A stretch of DNA of 60,536 bases, counting the filler, from Pseudomonadota bacterium (GTDB lineage: Bacteria > Pseudomonadota > Alphaproteobacteria > Paracaedibacterales > CAIOTO01), in assembly GCA_040387495.1 (NCBI GenBank). It is 4 parts of 4 records of this genome, joined end to end, with 100 filler letters (N's around TTAATTAATTAA, not from the genome) between each part and the next. Parts side by side here need not be neighbours in the genome. Positions count along the whole stretch, not along the records: positions 41,794 to 59,199 come from JAZKDQ010000006.1; positions 59,300 to 60,536 come from JAZKDQ010000015.1; 2 more parts are not named here. One strand, written 5' to 3'. The position numbers were made by a program, and so were the translations under genes. Under the pieces are notes generated by a model that saw nothing but the letters and a program-made list of their open reading frames with translations, searched no databases and was not told where the DNA came from. Below, piece by piece: positions 53,457 to 60,536 of the stretch (its first letter is position 1; each line of letters starts with the position of its first letter).

Positions 53457-54496
53457 ATGAAATTCACTTTTAAAATACTATTCGTAATACTTAGTATTGC
53501 ATGCGTGCCATCGGGCTATTCAGCGACCATTCCAATACAGTCCATTGCGACTAAAGATGAAGGCGCATCAATTGTAACAACCCCGGACAAGAAAATCTTG
53601 TGGGTTACAGATACACATCTAAAAGCAGTTAATCGGGATACGTTTATTAATTCTATAAAGAACAGCGCGTGCGAGGCCATCTTTATAACAGGCGACATCG
53701 CTGATAGTGATCTTATTGAAACATTGCGCATTACAGCAGATCACATAACCACTCCCATTTATTTTATATTGGGCAATTCGGATAATGCGTATGGTAGCCG
53801 CACAAAAGAAATACGTCAGAGCCTCGATACACTGACGAAAGAAAAGAAAAACCTACACTATCTGCATGATACAGCTATTTATTTTGAGCCAAAGAATATG
53901 ATAAGAGATGTTAAAACTGCTGTTGTTGGAATCGATGGATATGCCGATAGCTGGAATGTATGCGAAACACAAAGGAAACTTGATCTTGCAACGTTTGAAC
54001 GGAATGTACAAAACGCCATTGCTCAAGGTGCCAAACGAATTGTGATTTTAACGCATATTCCGCCATTTATGACAGATTGCTGGTATAAGGGCGAAGTGAC
54101 CTCGCTGAAGAATGCGCCTCATTTTTCATCTTCTCAATCGGCGACTCTCTTTTTGAATTTAGCGAATGAGCATCCAAAGGTAACATTTATTGTTTATTGG
54201 GCCATACACACAATAGTAGTTCCCAAGCATACCCAAGCACAGCAGCCTTAAGCGGGACGCAACGCGAACCAAATTTATTTGTTTATGTGGGCGAGAAATT
54301 TTCAGATAAGACTCATGCTTTAGGCAACGGCAATCTTGCAGGTATGTATACGCTGAATCAGAATAGCTTTTTACCGGATTCGTTTGAATTTACGCGCTCA
54401 GGAAAAACGACTGTCCTTAAAAATGGAGCGCTGCCAATGTGTACAAAAGATGCGCCATCAAAACGTCTTTTAACCAATCTAACATTAGCACAATGA
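53457..54496 (+). pseudogene. Secreted metallophosphoesterase, frameshifted near 54198
   Basis: DTHL, GDIAD, GNSD, THIPP in one frame; GHTH in the next frame. Confidence 0.75.
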
Positions 54497-54509
54497 CATT
54501 AGCACAATG
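54482..54509. repeat. 14-bp tandem duplication over stop codon
   Basis: ACATTAGCACAATG twice. Confidence 0.85.
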
Positions 54510-54539
54510 AGGACATGACTTTTAAAAGGTATACTAATT

Positions 54540-54569
54540 AAAAAAACCCCCGGTCAAAAGACAGGGGGT
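54540..54569 (-). terminator. Intrinsic terminator for pal
   Basis: ACCCCC...GGGGGT stem with T-run on minus strand. Confidence 0.65.
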
Positions 54570-54605
54570 AAATTTTATAACATCACTGATGTAGGCCGTT
54601 TAAGA

Positions 54606-55052
54606 CTACTCAACAACAGTAATAGCTGTACGGTTTTGTGCGTGCGCCATTTCTGAATCACCAGGAACTTGCGGACGATCTTTACCATAAGAAATTGTCT
54701 TCAAACGATCAGCAGTTACACCCAATTTAACAAGTGCTTTTTTCGCAGATTCAGCACGCTTGTTTCCAAGAGCCAAGTTGTATTCACGTGTTCCACGTGC
54801 GTCACAATGACCTTCAACTGTTGCTTTTGTTGCTTGGTATGTCTTCAACCAATCAGCTTGCTTTTCAACAGTCTTCTTTGAAGCAGCGTCTACTTCACTT
54901 TGGTTGAATTTAAAGAAAACACGGTCTTTAATGTTCGCTTTGAAATCACCAGCTGTACCAGCTGCTGCATGCATTGTTACATCTTGGCTTTCATCAGCAC
55001 AAGAAACCATAAACACTGATGCACATGCAAGTGCAATAATCTTATTCTTCAT
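54606..55052 (-). CDS. pal: Peptidoglycan-associated lipoprotein
   Basis: Lipobox MVS-C; EGHCDARGTREYNLALG, ISYGKDRP, NR. Confidence 0.93.
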   Translation of the reverse strand: MKNKIIALACASVFMVSCADESQDVTMHAAAGTAGDFKANIKDRVFFKFNQSEVDAASKKTVEKQADWLKTYQATKATVEGHCDARGTREYNLALGNKRAESAKKALVKLGVTADRLKTISYGKDRPQVPGDSEMAHAQNRTAITVVE

Positions 55053-55105
55053 AACATATATCCTATCTGTTAGCAGTACTATACTACTGTTAAAACATAA
55101 TAAAC

Positions 55106-55120
55106 TTAACAAATCGTTAA
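55106..55120. promoter_or_regulatory. CtrA-type box upstream of pal
   Basis: TTAA-CAAATCG-TTAA, 54 nt upstream of pal start. Confidence 0.55.
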
Positions 55121-55190
55121 AAGAAGCAAAAGCCTCTATCTTTATTTTTAGACAACTTGATTCTAGCGGTGTAGATAAAATGCCACACAA

Positions 55191-55370
55191 TCACTCAGAG
55201 TTAGGACCAAAAACAAAGGAACGACTACAATATGGACAGTGTACAACATCTTTTGAGTTCACGTGAAGGTAAACTGCAGGATGCCCAACTTCACCATCAC
55301 TTGTTGCATTTTTATCACTATTTTTTCCATCACATTTCACGGATGACTCATGCACAATTGTTGGATTCAT
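55191..55370 (-). CDS. zf-CHCC zinc-finger protein (NDUFS6/NUMM-like), 59 aa, absent from ORF track
   Basis: MNPTIVHESSVKCDGKNSDKNATSDGEVGHPAVYLHVNSKDVVHCPYCSRSFVFGPNSE*; CDG...GHP.VYL...CPYC motif. Confidence 0.88.
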   Translation of the reverse strand: MNPTIVHESSVKCDGKNSDKNATSDGEVGHPAVYLHVNSKDVVHCPYCSRSFVFGPNSE

Positions 55371-55439
55371 AAATATTTTTAATCCCTATATTTCATGAAT
55401 ATTAATTCCATTTTCTTAAAAGTGGTTACGCAAAAACGA

Positions 55440-55985
55440 TTATGCAAGATGCTCGCGTCGTTCAATTTTCTTTTTTAGCAACAATACGCCATATAGCAAT
55501 GCTTCTGCTGTAGGCGGGCACCCAGGAACATAGATATCAACAGGCACAATGTTATCGCATCCCCGCACAACAGAATACGAATAATGATAATACCCGCCGC
55601 CATTCGCGCAACTTCCCATGGAAATCACCCATCGCGGCTCTGGCATTTGGTCGTACACTTTACGTAAGGCGGGGGCCATTTTGTTGGTAAGCGTGCCTGC
55701 TACAATCATTACATCTGATTGACGTGGGCTTGGCCTGAATACAACACCAAAACGATCCATATCGTAACGGCTTGCTGCTGCTTGCATCATTTCAACGGCA
55801 CAACAGGCTAACCCAAAGGTCATAGGCCAGAGTGACCCGCTTTGCGCCCATGCAGCCAATTTATCAAATTGTGTAATGATGTAACCTTTATTCGACAATT
55901 CCTCTGTGGCAGCGTTAAATAGTGCATGCTCGTCCTGCATTTCTTTTGGCAGATACGCCCGCAGCTCCTCATAGTTTAGTGCCAT
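55440..55985 (-). CDS. nuoB: NADH-quinone oxidoreductase subunit B
   Basis: [24 protein letters not shown]. Confidence 0.97.
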   Translation of the reverse strand: MALNYEELRAYLPKEMQDEHALFNAATEELSNKGYIITQFDKLAAWAQSGSLWPMTFGLACCAVEMMQAAASRYDMDRFGVVFRPSPRQSDVMIVAGTLTNKMAPALRKVYDQMPEPRWVISMGSCANGGGYYHYSYSVVRGCDNIVPVDIYVPGCPPTAEALLYGVLLLKKKIERREHLA

Positions 55986-56353
55986 TCAAGCGCTCCTTTT
56001 TTCCATTCATAGATAAAACCAATTGTTAGAACACCTAAAAACACCATCATCGATGAAAAACCAAACCACCCTATTTTTTGCAATGTTAAAGCCCAAGGGA
56101 ATAAAAAGATAATTTCAATGTCAAAGATGATAAATAAAATTGATACGACATAAAATTGAATATCAAAACGCCCACGTGCATTATCTTCGGGCAAATCAAA
56201 GGCGTCAAACCCGCATTCATAGGGCGTTTGCTTAGCCGCATAAGGTGTTTGCTTAGCACGGAACCATGACACCATCATAAGCGCTGAAGCAAGCCCTATT
56301 GCAAGCCCTAAAAACACAAGGATAGGTAAGTAATTTTGCAAATTTCGCACCAT
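55976..56353 (-). CDS. nuoA: NADH-quinone oxidoreductase subunit A
   Basis: [23 protein letters not shown]. Confidence 0.96.
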   Translation of the reverse strand: MVRNLQNYLPILVFLGLAIGLASALMMVSWFRAKQTPYAAKQTPYECGFDAFDLPEDNARGRFDIQFYVVSILFIIFDIEIIFLFPWALTLQKIGWFGFSSMMVFLGVLTIGFIYEWKKGALEWH

Positions 56354-56525
56354 AGCGACTTAATGACCTTATGGGGGGATAGAATAAAAGATACTTTAAT
56401 AATCAGGGATTTTTTGCAAAAGGTCAATGGTTGGACGTATTGCAGGAATGATTGGTACTAGGCACTGAGCATGTTTTTGGCACAAGAAACGTATATAGCA
56501 TACTAAGGTTAACACCAAACCCTGT

Positions 56526-56936
56526 TCACCGGCCGCGCATGCGATGTTTTGCAAGTTCGACCACCGCACGTGTTTCGATTTCCAATAACAATCCCTTCAA
56601 GCGATCATCTAGATTATCAGTACTCATTTGTTTGACGTAATTTTGAATAGTCATGATTGATTCAGGGGCAATGCTGCCACTCAGCAACTGACCACGTAGC
56701 TTTTCTAGCTCATCCAACAATGAAAGTCCTTTTTGAATCCCTTTTTGTTCAGGTGAAGGTTCGTCTAAATCTGTAAACATCGGATCAACTGAAAATACCG
56801 CCGTGCTTTGGTGAACAGGTGCAGATGACCGTTCATCCATGGCATCAGTGAAGCCATGTGCGTCTGACTTTTTTTCCTTTTTCGTGACTCCTGTATTCTT
56901 TTGAATACGATTAAAACCAGGTGACCGAATCTCCAT
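56526..56936 (-). CDS. fliX: Flagellar assembly regulator FliX-like
   Basis: LLDELEKLRGQLLSG, LLEIETRAVVELAK. Confidence 0.75.
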   Translation of the reverse strand: MEIRSPGFNRIQKNTGVTKKEKKSDAHGFTDAMDERSSAPVHQSTAVFSVDPMFTDLDEPSPEQKGIQKGLSLLDELEKLRGQLLSGSIAPESIMTIQNYVKQMSTDNLDDRLKGLLLEIETRAVVELAKHRMRGR

Positions 56937-57026
56937 AGGAGTCCCTTTTCATTAAAACAAATACGCTGTATATATGAACCATACAAGATGCATGCATACA
57001 TCATACCTTAAAGAAAAGACTTTTTG

Positions 57027-57857
57027 ATGAAAAATATAATAAAAACAGATCAAATTGATCGAATAAATGCGGCGTGGGATGGGGCTGTTCCTCTCGATGC
57101 CGCATTAGCCATTGATGTAAACATTATTTTGGATCAACTTGATGCGGGCGTAATTCGTGTATGTGAAAAAATTGACGGGACATGGCACACACATCAGTGG
57201 ATCAAAAAAGCTATATTATTATCTTTCCGTTTAAATCAGAATCAAGTTAGCGGTGATGGGGCGCCTTTTGCTTGGTATGATAAAGTTCCCCTTAAAACAG
57301 AACACTGGGATCAAGCAGCTTTTACTGCAGCAGCTTTTCGTGCTGCGCCCGGTTCAATTGTTCGCCGAGGGGCCTTTGTAGAACGTAACGTAATATTAAT
57401 GCCATCATTTGTGAATATTGGCGCATATGTAGGCGAAGGAACCTTGATTGATACCTGGGCAACTGTTGGTTCGTGCGCACAAATTGGTAAAAATTGTCAT
57501 ATTTCAGGTGGCACAGGCATTGGCGGTGTATTAGAACCCGTTCAGGCAAATCCTGTCATCATCGAAGACAATTGTTTTATTGGCGCGCGATCTGAAATTG
57601 CCGAAGGCGTCATTGTTGAAGAAGGCGCTGTTATTTCTATGGGCGTATTCATCGGTGCATCAACAAAGATTGTCGATCGAGCAACGGGCGCCATCACCTA
57701 TGGCCGAGTACCAGCATATTCAGTCGTCGTGCCAGGTGTTTTGCCGCACCAACCTAGCGAACTTGTTACACCATATCTAGCGTGTGCTGTTATTATCAAA
57801 CGCGTCGATGAGAAGACGCGATCCAAAACGTCAATTAATGCATTGCTACGAGATTGA
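57027..57857 (+). CDS. dapD: Tetrahydrodipicolinate N-succinyltransferase
   Basis: [40 protein letters not shown]. Confidence 0.97.
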   Translation: MKNIIKTDQIDRINAAWDGAVPLDAALAIDVNIILDQLDAGVIRVCEKIDGTWHTHQWIKKAILLSFRLNQNQVSGDGAPFAWYDKVPLKTEHWDQAAFTAAAFRAAPGSIVRRGAFVERNVILMPSFVNIGAYVGEGTLIDTWATVGSCAQIGKNCHISGGTGIGGVLEPVQANPVIIEDNCFIGARSEIAEGVIVEEGAVISMGVFIGASTKIVDRATGAITYGRVPAYSVVVPGVLPHQPSELVTPYLACAVIIKRVDEKTRSKTSINALLRD

Positions 57858-57901
57858 TTTATGATTACTCTGACACTCAATAAAAAAAAGGATGTGCACG
57901 T

Positions 57902-59119
57902 ATGAAGCTAGACTTATTCATTGACACCAGGAAAGATGCAGCCATGAAAAACAATCCTTTCGATTCCGTCGCGCTGACGCAGGCGCTCCTTCGTTTCCCA
58001 AGCGTGACACCCAATGATTTGGGTTGCATGGATTACATTGAAAGCCTTTTAGCACCGCTGGGATTTGAATGCCATCGCATCTGTTTTGGTGAAGGCGCTG
58101 ACCGTGTTGAGAATTTTTACGCACGTCTTGGCACCACTGCGCCTCACGTGTGTTTCCTAGGACATACAGATGTCGTACCAGTTGGCGATGCAACATTATG
58201 GAGCCATGCCCCCTTTGCAGGTAAAATTCATGACGAACACGTAATTGGGCGCGGTGCATGTGATATGAAAGGGGCTATTGCGTGCTTTATTGCCGCAGTC
58301 CACCGTGTTATTCAAGATGGCGCCACTAATGGTAAAGGCATTAATGGCTCAATTAGCATCCTTCTCACCTCTGACGAAGAAGGTCCCTCACAAAACGGCA
58401 TCAAACAAATGGTCCCATGGTTGCGAAATCGCGGTGAAGTTATTGATTTTTGTCTTGGGGGAGAGCCAACTAACCCGACAAAACTCGGTGAGATGATCAA
58501 GGTTGGCCGCCGCGGCAGCCTGACAATGAAGCTCGACGTCATTGGAACATCAGGCCATGCGGCATACCCCAAATTTGCCTTAAATCCTATCAAGCCATTA
58601 ATGGCATTCTTAACACACGCACAATCATTAACACTTGATGCCGGCACAGATCGGTTTGATCCATCGCATTTGGAAATAACTACTGTTGACGTTGGAAATC
58701 CAACAAGCAATGTAATTTCAGGCAAGGCTAGCGCGACACTTAATGTACGTTTTAATCCAACATATACTTTAGAATCATTGCAAGTACTGTTAAATGAAGA
58801 ACTTGACGAAATCAAAAATGCACATGATCCAAAATTCCTCTGGCAGGCAACTTACCAACCTTCTGCTGAGGCTTTTTTTAGAAAAAATCCAGCCTTCACC
58901 GATGCCGCTATTACGATCATTGAAAAGCACACCGGCCTAAAGCCCACCCTTAGCACGAGCGGCGGCACATCTGATGCCAGATTCATGAAAGATTTGTGTC
59001 CTGTTTTGGAATTTGGCCTGCTGAGTTGTTATGCACATCATGCTGATGAGCGGGTGGCCGTAAAGGATTTACGCATGCTGGCTGATATTTATGCGGATAT
59101 TATTTGCAGCCTGCCCTGA
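57902..59119 (+). CDS. dapE: Succinyl-diaminopimelate desuccinylase
   Basis: GHTDVVP, DMKG, DEE, GRRGS, GGTSDARF; alternative start 57944. Confidence 0.95.
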   Translation: MKLDLFIDTRKDAAMKNNPFDSVALTQALLRFPSVTPNDLGCMDYIESLLAPLGFECHRICFGEGADRVENFYARLGTTAPHVCFLGHTDVVPVGDATLWSHAPFAGKIHDEHVIGRGACDMKGAIACFIAAVHRVIQDGATNGKGINGSISILLTSDEEGPSQNGIKQMVPWLRNRGEVIDFCLGGEPTNPTKLGEMIKVGRRGSLTMKLDVIGTSGHAAYPKFALNPIKPLMAFLTHAQSLTLDAGTDRFDPSHLEITTVDVGNPTSNVISGKASATLNVRFNPTYTLESLQVLLNEELDEIKNAHDPKFLWQATYQPSAEAFFRKNPAFTDAAITIIEKHTGLKPTLSTSGGTSDARFMKDLCPVLEFGLLSCYAHHADERVAVKDLRMLADIYADIICSLP

Positions 59120-59146
59120 TTTGAACTTACACAGAATTTTCTACAA

Positions 59147-59199
59147 ACCTCAATTCGGGATTAAAAAATCAAACGAGATAGAAGGTTTTTTGGATTTAA
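59147..59199 (-). mobile_element. IS982-like element right end at contig edge
   Basis: Identical 53 nt to 41641-41693. Confidence 0.7.
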
Positions 59200-59299
59200 N
59201 NNNNNNNNNNNNNNNNNNNNNNNNNNNNNNNNNNNNNNNNNNNTTAATTAATTAANNNNNNNNNNNNNNNNNNNNNNNNNNNNNNNNNNNNNNNNNNNN
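59200..59299. other. Artificial contig linker
   Basis: N-run with TTAATTAATTAA. Confidence 0.98.
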
Positions 59300-59513
59300 A
59301 ACGATTAACGGTTGCATGGTCAACACTTAGGCCACGCTCTGCTAATAATTCTTCAACATGTCTATAGCTTAACGGATATGCAATGTACCAGCGCATTGAC
59401 ATTAGAATTACGTCTTTTGGAAAATGAGAACCTTTGAAATTCATAGCAAATCACTGTTTCAAAATTCTATTTATTCTACTTTAACAAAAATCTCTAAAAT
59501 TTGCGACAGAACC
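59300..59513 (-). mobile_element. IS6-family copy D, 5' part (cut by gap)
   Basis: IR ending 59513; MNFKGSHFPKDV... from 59444. Confidence 0.9.
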
Positions 59514-59708
59514 TAAATTACTCCTACTTTTTGATCAAAAGAATGAATTATTTATTTGACTTCAACAGATGCGACATATATAAAAACCGAGATGTTTTCA
59601 TGAGGTGCCACCGGAAATACTATTGAGCCACTTTTCCTTTGTTATTTTTTGTATTACAGCTTATAATTACAGATATATTTTATGAATTGAAATAATAGAG
59701 AGTTTAAA

Positions 59709-60149
59709 ATGAAAAATATATTTGTTAAATTATTACCAAAATTTATGTTGTTGTTCAGCAGTGTGAACCTAATATTTGCTAGCGATTATTTTGATAATAA
59801 TGAAGTATTTCAAACGCCTCTGATTGGAGGCATTACAATGAATTATTTAACACAAGAGTGTGTCAATAAACAATGCGAAATGTCAATGAGCGCTTCTCTT
59901 TGTTCGTTAAATACAAACGAGGAGATAAAAGAAGAAAATAATGCAATAAATCTTATAGGATGGGACGGTGAGCTAACAATTAAAAAGCTCTTGCAATTCT
60001 TTCCTCACTTAGCTGAGATTCTCAAAAAATGGGAGTCGAATGAAGAAAGCACTATTGAGGGGGCAAAGATTAAAGTTGTCGCATGGATTAATGATATATC
60101 ACACAAAGAAAAAATAAATGGCTTTGATTACATTACGTTTCACAAATAA
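59709..60149 (+). CDS. Secreted hypothetical protein
   Basis: Signal-like N-terminus ending IFA; 146 aa. Confidence 0.65.
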   Translation: MKNIFVKLLPKFMLLFSSVNLIFASDYFDNNEVFQTPLIGGITMNYLTQECVNKQCEMSMSASLCSLNTNEEIKEENNAINLIGWDGELTIKKLLQFFPHLAEILKKWESNEESTIEGAKIKVVAWINDISHKEKINGFDYITFHK

Positions 60150-60189
60150 ATTTTTTTCCATAATTATAAAACATTGTGTTACTACGCTA

Positions 60190-60452
60190 GGTTCTGTCGC
60201 AAATTTTAGAGATTTTTGTTAAACTAGAATAAATAGAATTTTGAAACAGTGATTTGCTATGAATTTCAAAGGGTCTCATTTTCCAAAAGATGTCATTTTA
60301 ATGTCAATGCGCTGGTACATTGCGTATCCGTTAAGCTATAGACAGGTGGAAGAATTATTAGCAGAGCGTGGCCTAAGTGTTGATCATGCAACCATTAATC
60401 GTTGGCTTGTTAAGCATTCACCCACACTTGAATTAGAATTTAGAAGCACTAA
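60190..60452 (+). mobile_element. IS6-family copy E, truncated 5' part
   Basis: IR at 60190; ATG 60259 MNFKGSHF...; similarity ends near 60452. Confidence 0.88.
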
Positions 60453-60455
60453 ATA

Positions 60456-60536
60456 TTATCCTTGCGTATTCACTTCTATTTTTGATTCATTCCCGGCAAT
60501 TAGTCTTTTAATGTTTTCACGGTGCGTATACAAAAT
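60456..60536 (-). CDS. plsY: Glycerol-3-phosphate acyltransferase PlsY, 3' end (partial)
   Basis: ILYTHRENIKRLIAGNESKIEVNTQG*. Confidence 0.8.
   Translation of the reverse strand: MLYTHRENIKRLIAGNESKIEVNTQG

Noticed and set aside
1308..58815. Numerous antisense or nested short ORFs inside conserved genes
   Set aside because: No motifs or RBS; expected shadows of real CDSs

Overview
AT-rich draft-genome window from an alphaproteobacterium. The gene content (fliX, LdtR-like MarR, lpxI, zf-CHCC, Rickettsiales-style isc order, ankyrin/LRR proteins, many signal-peptide orphans) suggests a Holosporales/Rickettsiales-like intracellular symbiont; this is inference, not a database result. Three artificial 100-nt N/TTAATTAATTAA linkers split it into four contigs, so adjacency across them is unproven. 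Housekeeping content: full isc operon with IscR site, holB, prfB (+1 programmed frameshift), threonine ammonia-lyase, clpB, RND efflux pair, mlaD, pepF, bdhA, folP, tRNA-Lys(UUU), sodB, pgk, bolA, pal, nuoAB, dapDE and partial plsY. Main points of interest: (1) a 35-41.7 kb mobile cluster in which an RmInt1-like group II intron sits in the catalytic D-E-T codons of IS6 transposase, with both splice junctions, a matching EBS1 and an empty target all visible, and IS6 copies bracketing ankyrin/LRR cargo; (2) an AdoMet-decarboxylase-family gene with a lipoprotein signal peptide, bracketed by a decayed duplicate of the pgk 3' end; (3) an MlaD joined through an A10 run to a long acidic tandem-repeat frame; (4) recurrent CtrA-type boxes before pal and secreted orphans; (5) a small unlisted zf-CHCC gene directly after nuoAB.
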